Below, one piece after another: positions 17,079-27,008 of a stretch of 64,000 nucleotides of DNA (position 1 is its first letter; every line of letters begins with the position of its first letter). Location: IMG/VR virus record IMGVR_UViG_3300029705_000015; one strand, 5' to 3'. The notes below the pieces were generated by a model. The model ran no database searches, was not told where the DNA came from, and saw only the letters and a list, made by a program, of their open reading frames with translations. This stretch comes from a virus (lineage: Duplodnaviria > Heunggongvirae > Uroviricota > Caudoviricetes). The translations under genes and the position numbers were made by a program.

Positions 17079-17561
17079 TTGAAAAATAATGTTTCTGTAG
17101 CTTTGGATAATGTCGATATGACATATTCTGAGTTGATTGAAGTTGCAAATTCCTTGAACGAGGAGTTTACAGGAGATTTGAATAGAATGATGGAAAGTGC
17201 TTACAATGATGTTGAAAAACTTTCCAATGACGCTATTCGAGATCTTATCTTGAGATTGTCTCTAAGATCTTATTCCTTTAGTGAGATTAAGGAGAAGTCA
17301 ATTTTCAAAGCTGCTCTTGCTGAAACCCTACGCAAGGAAGCTTACGCAAGAAACTACAATGAAACTAGTGGCACCGGTGGTGTCAAAGAGAACACTGCAA
17401 TCATCAATACGTCTGCAGAAATTCTTGCAGACGAGATCTACTCTCTGGCTGCATCAATGTTCAAAACAAAACTTGACGAAGTGCATAGAGTGGTTGACTC
17501 TCTGAAGACAGTTCTCATGTCTCGTTTATCAGAGGCAAAACTTACTAACGTTGATGGTTGA
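17079..17561 (+). CDS. Helical hypothetical protein (possible recombination mediator)
   Basis: 160 aa helical ORF between recU and recA; function is inference. Confidence 0.5.
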   Translation: MKNNVSVALDNVDMTYSELIEVANSLNEEFTGDLNRMMESAYNDVEKLSNDAIRDLILRLSLRSYSFSEIKEKSIFKAALAETLRKEAYARNYNETSGTGGVKENTAIINTSAEILADEIYSLAASMFKTKLDEVHRVVDSLKTVLMSRLSEAKLTNVDG

Positions 17562-17574
17562 TTAGGAGAATAGA

Positions 17575-18738
17575 ATGAGTTCAGTTCTAGAAATTGCAAA
17601 AAAGCTGAATAGAGCTTATAAGAATGAAAAACTTGCTCTTACTGCAGATGTGATGCCATCTTATGAGCGACTTGCTTGTAATGATCTGGGTGCTGATTTT
17701 CCTCTGTATGGTGGTTTACCTTACGGAAGAATTGTAACAGTATCGGGTAAAGAGCATAGTGGTAAGACAACTGGTGCTTGTACTTACTTAGCCGCTTATC
17801 AAAGAGCTAATCCTGATAAGACTTGTGTTTTTGTTGACGTGGAACACGCTCTTGATAAAGAGTTCCAAGCTGCTATGACCGGGCTGGATCTTACAAAGCT
17901 GTTGTATGTTAATCCTGAAGGGATGTCTGGAGAACAGATCATGGATGCTATTATCGAGTTTCAGGACTCGGATGATATCGGAATGATTGTCCTTGACTCT
18001 ATTGCAGCTCTCGTTTCTTCAAGAGACTACGATACAGATATTGAAAAAGACAACGGTATGTCTGGCGGCATTGCAAAGCCTCTTGCAAAGTTTATTCGTA
18101 AGATGCTTGATCCTCTTGCCGCTAAAAAGAATATTTTACTGTTGATTAATCAGGTTCGTACTGTTGGAACAACCTTTACTGGTGCACCCATCTATGATGA
18201 GCCTGGTGGTCATGCACCTAAGTACTATGCTTCTGTTAAGCTTCGTTTCGGCACAAGAACATTCACTCAAGGTGACAAGGTTGATGCTCGTGATGGTGAG
18301 AACGCAGACGGTTTCCGTTTAACATTTGCAACAACAAAGAATAAGACCGCTTCTACACAGCGTGGCGGTGGTTTCATGACTTTCCGTTATGATTCAGGAT
18401 TGGATTGGGCTTTTGATTTACTAGAAGTTGCTATCAAGTATGATTTTATCAGTAGACCTAATTCAATGAGCTACATCTTGATGAATCTAGAAACAGGGGA
18501 AGCATATACTTATGATGATGGAAGTGTTATGAAGTTTGTTGGTAAACAGAAACTTCGTGACTTCCTGAACAGTCATGTTGAATTCCAAAATGAGTACATT
18601 GCAATGTTGAATAGACATATTTGCGCTACTGCGAATAAGTACGGTAGTCTTCTGGATGCTCGTGAGCTTGCTGCCATTACAGCTGAGGAGGCGTCTTGCG
18701 AGAAAGAGGGCGATAGCAAGCCTCCTGTTGAGGATTGA
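17575..18738 (+). CDS. recA: RecA recombinase
   Basis: GGLPYGRIVTVSGKEHSGKTT, DVEHALD, VLDSIAAL, INQVR, PGGHAPKYYAS. Confidence 0.95.
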   Translation: MSSVLEIAKKLNRAYKNEKLALTADVMPSYERLACNDLGADFPLYGGLPYGRIVTVSGKEHSGKTTGACTYLAAYQRANPDKTCVFVDVEHALDKEFQAAMTGLDLTKLLYVNPEGMSGEQIMDAIIEFQDSDDIGMIVLDSIAALVSSRDYDTDIEKDNGMSGGIAKPLAKFIRKMLDPLAAKKNILLLINQVRTVGTTFTGAPIYDEPGGHAPKYYASVKLRFGTRTFTQGDKVDARDGENADGFRLTFATTKNKTASTQRGGGFMTFRYDSGLDWAFDLLEVAIKYDFISRPNSMSYILMNLETGEAYTYDDGSVMKFVGKQKLRDFLNSHVEFQNEYIAMLNRHICATANKYGSLLDARELAAITAEEASCEKEGDSKPPVED

Positions 18739-18740
18739 TC

Positions 18741-19112
18741 ATGCCTCAGCGTAGACACAGAGAAGATAAAACTCAACCAACAAGACATTATAGTAAGCAA
18801 CAAGAAAATAAAGTGGCTTCTAAGTTAGGAGGAAATAGGACTCTTAACTCAGGAGCCACCCTCTACCAGAAAGGTGATGTTCTTACAGAAAAATTCTTGT
18901 TGGAGTGTAAAACAAAAACAAGTGCTTCTGCTTCCATTTCTATTCAAAAGGAATGGTTGGAGAAGAACGAAAAGGAATCCCTATTCATGGGAAAACCTTA
19001 CAACGCTCTTGCATTTAACTTCGGACCGAATGAACGCAACTATTATATCATAGATGAATATCTGTTCGAGCTGTTGTTATCTGCACTAGAAACAGGAGAA
19101 CAGAATTGTTAA
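18741..19112 (+). CDS. PD-(D/E)xK nuclease / resolvase-like protein
   Basis: QENKVA...NSGA...KGDV...LECKT. Confidence 0.7.
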   Translation: MPQRRHREDKTQPTRHYSKQQENKVASKLGGNRTLNSGATLYQKGDVLTEKFLLECKTKTSASASISIQKEWLEKNEKESLFMGKPYNALAFNFGPNERNYYIIDEYLFELLLSALETGEQNC

Positions 19113-19711
19113 CAGAATATAAAGATTTGCTTGAAGCAGTTGAAGAGCATGATGAGTATGAGGCATATTTGACTCAACACATCAGTAACATTCAAAAAGG
19201 TTATGAGTGGTTCAAAGAAAATCTACCACATGTACTGGATGAACATAACTTTGTTGAGGATACAGCTTACTACGGCGAGCTGGAAGAGATTCTAACTCAA
19301 CACGATAAGTCAAAATATACAAGAATTCCAGAATCCTCACATTATTATGAGCTTCCTTGTGAATATGATGCGTATGCGGATTACTTCTACGGAGAGAAGA
19401 CTCCTGAAGTAAAAGAGGCATTTGATAGAGCCTGGTTAGCTCATATACACGCAAATCCGCATCACTGGCAACATTGGGTTCTTGTTAATGATGATGATGG
19501 TACAAGAGCTCTTGATATGCCGTATGTATTCATCATTGAGATGATACTTGACCACTGGACATTCTCTTGGAAAGAGGGAAATCTTATGGAGATTTTCAAG
19601 TGGTATGATGATCATAGAGAGAAGATGATTCTTAGTGACAAAACTAGAAAAATCTATGAGGATATTCTTTCACAAATGAAAGTATTGCTAAGTGAGGGTG
19701 ACAGTGAATAG
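19106..19711 (+). CDS. DUF5662-like HD-type protein
   Basis: QHDKSK, AWLAHIHANPHHWQHW, EMILDH. Confidence 0.7.
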   Translation: MLTEYKDLLEAVEEHDEYEAYLTQHISNIQKGYEWFKENLPHVLDEHNFVEDTAYYGELEEILTQHDKSKYTRIPESSHYYELPCEYDAYADYFYGEKTPEVKEAFDRAWLAHIHANPHHWQHWVLVNDDDGTRALDMPYVFIIEMILDHWTFSWKEGNLMEIFKWYDDHREKMILSDKTRKIYEDILSQMKVLLSEGDSE

Positions 19712-20186
19712 ATCAAGAATTATCGTTGAAGAGCTTGCAAAGATTGATACTGATCTAGAGAAACTGTATTCTCGTCAAAGAGATCTTAACAAAGAGCTTC
19801 GTAATATTGAGGAAGAAAAAATTCAGCTCGAGATTGAGCGGTGGGGGATCACTCCGGGGTCAACATTCATTCTTTTTACAAAGGATAATGATTCAACTTA
19901 TAGTACTTGTTTTGGGTATGAAGTTAAGGAGTTAACTGATACTAAATTTATCAAAGCAATTGAAACATCGTTCACATTTACTTTAGATGACACTTATCTT
20001 AATGTTCGCAAAGTAAACTGTTCTTGTAGCACATTGAGAACCTGGAGAGAGCAGTGTGATGTTTACAAGATTGACAACGAACTGTATCGTAGGCTACAAT
20101 TTAGATGGCTACGATTGGATACAGATTTTGCAAGTTTACAAGATATGAAAAATCAAGTAAGCGAGTCTTCGTATCAAGTTGATTGA
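19692..20186 (+). CDS. Hypothetical protein
   Basis: Coiled-coil N-terminus; overlaps upstream stop. Confidence 0.65.
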   Translation: MRVTVNRSRIIVEELAKIDTDLEKLYSRQRDLNKELRNIEEEKIQLEIERWGITPGSTFILFTKDNDSTYSTCFGYEVKELTDTKFIKAIETSFTFTLDDTYLNVRKVNCSCSTLRTWREQCDVYKIDNELYRRLQFRWLRLDTDFASLQDMKNQVSESSYQVD

Positions 20187-20207
20187 TCTTGATCTTTACA
20201 ATATAAT
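20177..20207 (+). promoter_or_regulatory. AGTTGA-type promoter
   Basis: TTGATT 20179-20184, 17 bp, TATAAT 20202-20207. Confidence 0.85.
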
Positions 20208-20268
20208 ATTGATGTAGAAATATCAATTGAAGAACGAGTAGATCCTCGTTGCTTTGCAGAATTATTTC

Positions 20269-20306
20269 AGAGCAGGGAGTACAAGTTCCCTGCTCTATTT
20301 TGTTTT
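20269..20306 (+). terminator. Rho-independent terminator within leader of HD gene
   Basis: agagcaggga/tccctgctct 10-bp stem then attttgtttt. Confidence 0.85.
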
Positions 20307-20319
20307 AAGGAGATGACTC

Positions 20320-20961
20320 ATGGCGGAATTAACTGAACAACAGATTCAAGAAAACAAGGAACGATTTTTGTCTCTTGTTAACAGTATTACTCGAGAGGGT
20401 GTTGACAAGGAACGATTAGTGGCGCAACTTAATGGCTCTGACTTCTTTGAAGCTCCCGCAAGTGCAATCTATCATAATGCATTCAGAGGCGGTTTGTGTG
20501 CGCATTGTTTGAATGTTTATGATTGGATCTGTAAACTCGCAGAGGATGCAACACAAGTTGCAATTCAACCTGAGTATGCGGAGGATACATTGAAAATTGT
20601 TTCTCTGTTTCACGACTTCGACAAGATGAATAAGTATGAGAAAACCTTTAGAAATGTTAAGGTGTATTCTCCTACTGGATCAAAGTACGATGAGATGGGT
20701 AAATTTGATTGGCAGAGTGTTCCCAGCTACAAACGTAAAGAGGATTCCGAAGTATTTACAATCGGAGCTCATGGAGTAAATTCAGTTTACATGACAGAAA
20801 CATTTATTCCGTTAAGCACCGAGGAGCACTGTGCGATCGTCAATCATCATAGCGTCTATGACAATCCGAAGCTCAATACAACTGGAATCTATAGTAAGTA
20901 TCATCTTGCTTGTCTGCTTCATCTTGCAGATATGGCTGCTACATATATTTCTGAATCATGA
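20320..20961 (+). CDS. HD-domain phosphohydrolase
   Basis: YHNAFRGGLCAHCLNV, FHDFDK, HG, NHH, LHLAD. Confidence 0.85.
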   Translation: MAELTEQQIQENKERFLSLVNSITREGVDKERLVAQLNGSDFFEAPASAIYHNAFRGGLCAHCLNVYDWICKLAEDATQVAIQPEYAEDTLKIVSLFHDFDKMNKYEKTFRNVKVYSPTGSKYDEMGKFDWQSVPSYKRKEDSEVFTIGAHGVNSVYMTETFIPLSTEEHCAIVNHHSVYDNPKLNTTGIYSKYHLACLLHLADMAATYISES

Positions 20962-21338
20962 TGAATCCAATCATTCGACAGCAGTTAGAAAACTGCAGGG
21001 TTGCTAATGTTCCTGTTCTGTCTGATGATATGACTATAGTACATATTGTTAAAGGGTCTGAAAATGAGGTATCCCCCTATCAAGTTAACAAGTGTTACTT
21101 GATGGCTCTTGAGGATTACATCTTAAATCCTCCCCCTGATTTTACATTAGCAGACAACTGGAACAACGGTAGTATTCCAAAACACAAATATTACAAAGCA
21201 GAAATTTCCAAAGTTGTTGGAAAGATGGTTCGTATCTGCGGTTGCGGTTATGATTTGGCTACAGATACTGACACGCTTGATATCTGGGAAGGATGGGTTC
21301 CGCAACAAGGTATCAAGTTGATTAAAGAATTGAAGTGA
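20958..21338 (+). CDS. Hypothetical protein
   Basis: ORF with ATGA overlap. Confidence 0.65.
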   Translation: MMNPIIRQQLENCRVANVPVLSDDMTIVHIVKGSENEVSPYQVNKCYLMALEDYILNPPPDFTLADNWNNGSIPKHKYYKAEISKVVGKMVRICGCGYDLATDTDTLDIWEGWVPQQGIKLIKELK

Positions 21339-21347
21339 GGTGACTAG

Positions 21348-22367
21348 ATGGCTGAAGCATTGAGCGTCAAATATCGTCCTCGACAGTTTGAGGATGTTTG
21401 TAGTCAGGCGTCTATTGTTAAAATTCTAGAAAGACAGATTGCAACAGGTGAGTTTAAGAACAGCTACTTGTTTCAAGGAGCAAGTGGCTGCGGTAAGACT
21501 ACTTGTGCAAGAATTTTTGCAAATGAAATCAATGGTGGTGTAGGATCCCCGATTGAAATTGATGCAGCTTCTAACAATGGAGTAGATAATGTAAAGAACA
21601 TTATTCGTTCCGCACAGGAAAGAAGTATTGATAGTAAGTACAAGATCTACATTATTGATGAGTGTCATAGTTTGACCTCTCAAGCTTGGCAAGCATTCTT
21701 AAAGTGTATTGAGGAGCCCCCAACATACACAATCTTCATCTTCTGCACAACTGATCCTCAGAAGATTCCTGAAACTATCAAAAACAGAGTTCAGAGATAT
21801 ACATTCAACAGAATTCCTGTTAATGTTATTCGTGATAGGCTTGCGTATATCTGTAGACAAGAAGGGTTTACAAATTTCGAAGAATCAATTGATTACATTG
21901 CTAAAATCAGTGACGGTGGTATGAGAGCAGCCATCAGCTATCTTGATAAGTGTACAGGTTATAGCACCGATCTCAATATCAACAATGTGTTAACTAGTTT
22001 AGGCAACTATTCATATGACACATTCTTTGATCTGATCAACTACATGATTGACGGATCAGAAGCACCAGTTCTAAAACTTATCTCTGATTTCTATGACGAT
22101 GGAAACGACTTGAAACTCTTTGTTGATCAGTTCCTGAATTTCTGTATGGATGTTACAAAGTATTCACTATTCAATTCTTGTGATGCAACGAGGATTCCAT
22201 CAAGTATGGAAGATAAGCTTCGTGGAGCCACAAACTTTGATAATGCTTCAAAGTATTACAGTTATGTTATTGATAAACTTCTTGTTTTGAAGAATATGCT
22301 GAAGAACGACAATAGCCCTAGATCTACTATTGAGATACTACTATTACAGATAACAAGATGTGCATAA
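21348..22367 (+). CDS. dnaX: Clamp loader gamma/tau subunit
   Basis: KYRP, GASGCGKTT, EIDAASNNGVD, IIDECH, LKCIEEPP, GGMRAA. Confidence 0.95.
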   Translation: MAEALSVKYRPRQFEDVCSQASIVKILERQIATGEFKNSYLFQGASGCGKTTCARIFANEINGGVGSPIEIDAASNNGVDNVKNIIRSAQERSIDSKYKIYIIDECHSLTSQAWQAFLKCIEEPPTYTIFIFCTTDPQKIPETIKNRVQRYTFNRIPVNVIRDRLAYICRQEGFTNFEESIDYIAKISDGGMRAAISYLDKCTGYSTDLNINNVLTSLGNYSYDTFFDLINYMIDGSEAPVLKLISDFYDDGNDLKLFVDQFLNFCMDVTKYSLFNSCDATRIPSSMEDKLRGATNFDNASKYYSYVIDKLLVLKNMLKNDNSPRSTIEILLLQITRCA

Positions 22368-23172
22368 GGAGGCAATTGTGGTCACTGGTCAAGAAAAGAT
22401 TTGTGGATTTATAGATAGTTCCACAATTGACGATTTTCCAAGATCATTGATGCTGGTTGGTGCAAGGGGATCCGGAAAGCACATGATCTGTGATTACATT
22501 TCAAGTAAGTTTAATCTATCAACAGTTGATTTAACTGATCAACTTGATTTAGAAACAATTGAGGAACTGTATAATCGGGTAGAGCCTTATCTGTATGTAA
22601 TCAGAATCAACGAAATTTCCGTTAAAGAAGAAAATACTATTCTTAAATTTCTGGAAGAGCCACTAAAGAACTCATTCATTGTACTTATTGCAGAAACTGA
22701 TCTTGGTATTCTACAAACAATTCTGAATAGATGCCAGATATGGTATCTACAGAATTATAGAAAAGAATTTTTAAGTAGGTTTGTCGGTGATGGAAATCCT
22801 TACATTCTGGAAATTGCTCAAACTCCTGGGCAAGTAATAGAACTTAGTAAGATTGATTTTACCGAAATCATTGATCTTGCTGATAAGATACTTGATAAGA
22901 TATCTGTGGCAAGTATTGCGAATACTTTGTCTCTTAGCGGGAAAGTTGGATTTAAGAACGATCCTGACCGTCCCGATGTTAAGTTGTTTGTTGATGTCTT
23001 GTTATCAAGAATTATGAGTAAGTGTAGAACTAACTCAGATATACGATTAGTTCAAGCGTACACATTAACAAATGAATTACAGAAGAATCTGAGAATCAAG
23101 AATTTAGATTACAAATCTTTGTTTGAACGATTCTTGATTGAACTCAGATCTATCATGAAAGGAACAGTATGA
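22360..23172 (+). CDS. holB: Clamp loader delta-prime subunit
   Basis: GARGSGK, ENTILKFLEEP, LQTILNRC (SRC-like). Confidence 0.85.
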   Translation: MHKEAIVVTGQEKICGFIDSSTIDDFPRSLMLVGARGSGKHMICDYISSKFNLSTVDLTDQLDLETIEELYNRVEPYLYVIRINEISVKEENTILKFLEEPLKNSFIVLIAETDLGILQTILNRCQIWYLQNYRKEFLSRFVGDGNPYILEIAQTPGQVIELSKIDFTEIIDLADKILDKISVASIANTLSLSGKVGFKNDPDRPDVKLFVDVLLSRIMSKCRTNSDIRLVQAYTLTNELQKNLRIKNLDYKSLFERFLIELRSIMKGTV

Positions 23173-24086
23173 CAATTCAAGAGTTGAAATCTTACATTGA
23201 AACTAAAAATGTTCCTCATGATCTAATTATCTTCAAAGATACAGAAAATAATTTTATCTCCAATCAATACATAAAAGCGATATCAACAATTAGAAAACAA
23301 GAGATTGAATACATAGAATCTCCTCTTGATCTATTGCAGGATGCTTGGTCTATTTTTGGTGGAGAAGAACCGGTTGTAGACACACTAAGAGTTGTTAAGG
23401 CTCCTGTTTTTGTTTGGGATAATGTTAAGATTTCAGCTGTTAAAGATCTGATAATTGTTGTATCTAAATTTCAGGATAAATCAGTTGAAAAGATGTTTGA
23501 ACGCTGGATTGTAAATGTTCCTAAGATTGAGGATTGGATGTTGAAAGACTATGTCTATTCCACAACTGAGGGCGTTGCTCACAAGGACCTCGATTGGTTG
23601 ATAAGTCTTTGCGGAACTAACATCAGTAGACTTCAGATGGAGCTTGATAAGTTAGCCTTGTTTGGAGTTGACGAGCGAAAGTATGTGTTCAATGATCTGA
23701 TTCGTGATGGAGCAGTTGATGATCTTAGCTCATATAACATCTTCAATTTCACGAATGCAATAACATCCAGAGATGTAATGGCTCTGAAAAGTATCTATAG
23801 AGAACTTGATAGAGTTGATATCAACGAATTTGGTTTGTTAACTATTCTTGTAAAGAACTTTAGAAATATCTTGATGGTTCAAACAACAGCTAACCCCACA
23901 CCTGAATCAACAGGGCTAGATGGTAAACAGCTGTATGCAATAAAGAAAATTCCAAGAGTGTACACTCCTCAACAACTTGTTAATATCTATGAGTTTCTGC
24001 TGGATATTGATCGAAGAGTTAAAATTGGTGAGTTACCAGCTGATACACTCATTGATTACATAATCATAAAGATTTTAAGTATGTGA
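23169..24086 (+). CDS. holA: Clamp loader delta subunit
   Basis: WSIF clamp-contact motif position, LQMELDKLAL, IFNFTNAI, EFLLDIDRRVKIG. Confidence 0.75.
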   Translation: MTIQELKSYIETKNVPHDLIIFKDTENNFISNQYIKAISTIRKQEIEYIESPLDLLQDAWSIFGGEEPVVDTLRVVKAPVFVWDNVKISAVKDLIIVVSKFQDKSVEKMFERWIVNVPKIEDWMLKDYVYSTTEGVAHKDLDWLISLCGTNISRLQMELDKLALFGVDERKYVFNDLIRDGAVDDLSSYNIFNFTNAITSRDVMALKSIYRELDRVDINEFGLLTILVKNFRNILMVQTTANPTPESTGLDGKQLYAIKKIPRVYTPQQLVNIYEFLLDIDRRVKIGELPADTLIDYIIIKILSM

Positions 24087-25141
24087 GGACAATTTTGAAA
24101 ATTCTATACTATACTGACCCACACTGGTCTCAATATTCCTCAATTATTAGAAGTCGGGGGAGCGTTTATAGTACAAGACTTGAAAACTTGATTAACTCAG
24201 TTAACTGGGTCGAAGAACTTGCTTGGAATACAGGATGTCAAGTAGTTATCTGTGGAGGTGATTTCTTTGACTCTTCTGTTGTTAACAGTGAGGAAATGAG
24301 TGCATTGAAGAATATCAAGTGGGCACCAATCTCTCATCTATTTCTATCTGGTAATCACGAAACAAATGTTGGATCACTTGAATTCAGCACTGCTGATTTG
24401 TTCAATCTTTGTCCGAACTCAGTTGTTATGAATACTCCTCAACATTATGATATTGAAGGCGCTAATATCGAGTTCTGTTTCTTGCCATATATCCTGGAAC
24501 GAGATCGTAAACCTCTGAATGAATATTTCGATAAACCTCACGGTAAAAGAATTATCTTCAGTCACAATGATCTCAAGAATGTTCAGTATGGTGCATTTCT
24601 ATCAACAGAAGGATTTACAGTTGAAGAGATTGAGGATAACTGCGATCTATGTGTTAACGGACACATCCATCATTGCGGTTATGTTTCACAAAAAATTATC
24701 AACGGCGGCAATCTAACAGGACAAAACTTCACAGAAGACGCTTTCAAGTTTGATCATTGTGCTCAAGTAATTGATACTGATACATTACATGTTGATTTCT
24801 TTAGGAATCCTTATGCGTTCAATTTCTACAAACTTGATTGCAGAAAATATAGTACTATAGAGGAAATTATTCCTGTTATCTCCGATTTGAAGGATAACGC
24901 TGTTATTACTATCACTGTCAGATCATGTCTTGGTGCACTTGTAAAAGATTACTTGTCTAATGTGTCTAAGGAGCATGTTAGAGAGTATCGAGTGATTACA
25001 GAGCATGAAGCAGGAACTGTTGATGTATCTGCCCCCGTGCTAGAAGCTGTTGATCATTTGAAACAGTTTGAAAACTATGTTCTTGCCAATATTGGAACAA
25101 GTGATGTTGTTAAAGAAGAACTTATGAATGTTATGAGGTGA
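24083..25141 (+). CDS. sbcD: SbcD/Mre11-like nuclease
   Basis: TDPHW, GGDFFD, GNHE, GHIH. Confidence 0.85.
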   Translation: MRTILKILYYTDPHWSQYSSIIRSRGSVYSTRLENLINSVNWVEELAWNTGCQVVICGGDFFDSSVVNSEEMSALKNIKWAPISHLFLSGNHETNVGSLEFSTADLFNLCPNSVVMNTPQHYDIEGANIEFCFLPYILERDRKPLNEYFDKPHGKRIIFSHNDLKNVQYGAFLSTEGFTVEEIEDNCDLCVNGHIHHCGYVSQKIINGGNLTGQNFTEDAFKFDHCAQVIDTDTLHVDFFRNPYAFNFYKLDCRKYSTIEEIIPVISDLKDNAVITITVRSCLGALVKDYLSNVSKEHVREYRVITEHEAGTVDVSAPVLEAVDHLKQFENYVLANIGTSDVVKEELMNVMR

Positions 25142-25144
25142 TCT

Positions 25145-27007
25145 ATGCATATTGATTTTCGTAGATTAGTTTTACATAATTTTATCAGCTTTGGTCACTC
25201 TGAATTAACATTTGGTGATGATGGTTTTATCAAAGTTTCGGGAGTGAATGAAAATGTTGAAGATCTTGCCACAAGTAATGGTAGTGGTAAGTCAAGTATC
25301 TGGGAGGGTATTGTTTGGGCGTTAACAGGAGACACAATCCGAGGAACCAAACAAGTAAGTAACATCTACGGAGATGATGGAACTTATGTTGAACTTGATT
25401 TTAACATTGATTCAGTTAACTATGTATTGACAAGATCAAAAGATCACAAAGTTTATAAAACTGGATTGAAAATTGTTGTAGATGGCAAGGATTGCAGTGG
25501 CAAGGGCATTCGTGATTCTGAAAAGCTTCTTGCTCAATATCTACCAGATATTACCGCATCCCTCCTCGGATCAGTTATTATTCTTGGTCAGGGGTTGCCA
25601 CAGAAGTTTACAAATAACAGCCCATCTGGAAGAAAAGAAGTACTCGAGAAGTTGTCAAAATCTGACTTTATGATTGAAGACCTCAAGTCTCGAGTAGCTA
25701 AGAGAAAAGATGAACTTACAAAACTTATTCGTCAACATAAAGACGCTCTTATTGCAATAGAAAGTAAAATTACAGTTCTTCAAGAGCAGATTAGTAAAAA
25801 TACTCTGTACCTTGATTCTCTGGATAAAGAAAAACTAGAATTAGCTGTTTCGTACCATTCCACGGAAATGGAAAAGCAACAGCTGATCATAGATGTGTGT
25901 AAAACAGTTATTGAGAAGCTTGATTCAGAGCTATCACAACAAACAGCCAGATTGCTGGAACTTACTAATGCCAACACAAGTAACATTACAGCTGTTAATA
26001 GTGAGTATCAAAGCACAATTGAAGAGCAGACAAACAAGCTCTGGGCAGCTCGGAATTCAGTACAAACATTACAAACTGAAATTCGTAAACTTGAAAATAT
26101 TCAAGATATATGTCCTACATGTGGACAAAAACTTCCCGATGTTGTTAAACCAGATACAACTTCGTTAAAACAACAGTTAGAACAAGCAACAATAGATTTC
26201 AACAGTATTCAAGCAGCACTTGATGCAACAAGAGCTGAATTGAAATCAAAGTTGGATTCAATCGATAATGATTACAGAAGTAGTTCTGCTGTTATATCTA
26301 AACAGGAAGCGAATCTTAGAACTCAGAAGTCTGAGAAACAAGCTGAATTGAAATCAACAGAAATGCTGTTCAATACAGCTAAGTCAAATTATGATGTTGC
26401 TGTGATGCAGCTACAAGAGCTAGAATCTACTATTAACTCGCTTTCGTCGATTATAAACGAAAATCAGGCTCAGATTCAGGAGTTGAATCGTGACTCATTG
26501 TATAACAATACTGAGAAGGATTTACAACAGTCTCGACTGGATGTGGTAAACAAGTTTGATACCGCGCTGAAGCGTGACTTCCGTGGATACCTACTATCAA
26601 CTGTCATTGAGTACATTGCTGCACGAGCAAAAGAATACTCAATGATAATCTTTGAGACAGACAAGATTGATTTCTGTTTGGATGGAAATAACATCGAGAT
26701 TTCCTACATGAACAAGTCCTACGAAAATCTTTCTGGTGGTGAAAAGCAAAAAATTGACCTCATTGTTCAATTCTCAATCAGAGACATGCTCTGTAACCAT
26801 CTTGGATTTACAAGTAATATTCTTGTTCTTGATGAGGTGTTTGATGCGCTTGATATGACTGGTTGTCAAAAGGTTCTGGATGTTATATCTTCTTTGAGTG
26901 ATATCAAGAACATTTTCATTGTTACACATCGAAAGGATCTATCTATTCCTTGTGATAAAGAGATAACTGTTGTTAAATCCTCAACTGGTATAAGCGAGTT
27001 ACGATAA
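25145..27007 (+). CDS. sbcC: SbcC/Rad50-like SMC ATPase
   Basis: NGSGKSS, coiled coil with CPTC hook, LSGGE, LVLDE. Confidence 0.9.
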   Translation: MHIDFRRLVLHNFISFGHSELTFGDDGFIKVSGVNENVEDLATSNGSGKSSIWEGIVWALTGDTIRGTKQVSNIYGDDGTYVELDFNIDSVNYVLTRSKDHKVYKTGLKIVVDGKDCSGKGIRDSEKLLAQYLPDITASLLGSVIILGQGLPQKFTNNSPSGRKEVLEKLSKSDFMIEDLKSRVAKRKDELTKLIRQHKDALIAIESKITVLQEQISKNTLYLDSLDKEKLELAVSYHSTEMEKQQLIIDVCKTVIEKLDSELSQQTARLLELTNANTSNITAVNSEYQSTIEEQTNKLWAARNSVQTLQTEIRKLENIQDICPTCGQKLPDVVKPDTTSLKQQLEQATIDFNSIQAALDATRAELKSKLDSIDNDYRSSSAVISKQEANLRTQKSEKQAELKSTEMLFNTAKSNYDVAVMQLQELESTINSLSSIINENQAQIQELNRDSLYNNTEKDLQQSRLDVVNKFDTALKRDFRGYLLSTVIEYIAARAKEYSMIIFETDKIDFCLDGNNIEISYMNKSYENLSGGEKQKIDLIVQFSIRDMLCNHLGFTSNILVLDEVFDALDMTGCQKVLDVISSLSDIKNIFIVTHRKDLSIPCDKEITVVKSSTGISELR

Positions 27008-27008
27008 A

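Noticed and set aside
20212-20217. AUG-UAG minimal uORF in the HD leader
   Set aside because: It overlaps the predicted TSS, and the same GATGTA follows another promoter (57681), so it is part of the promoter motif.
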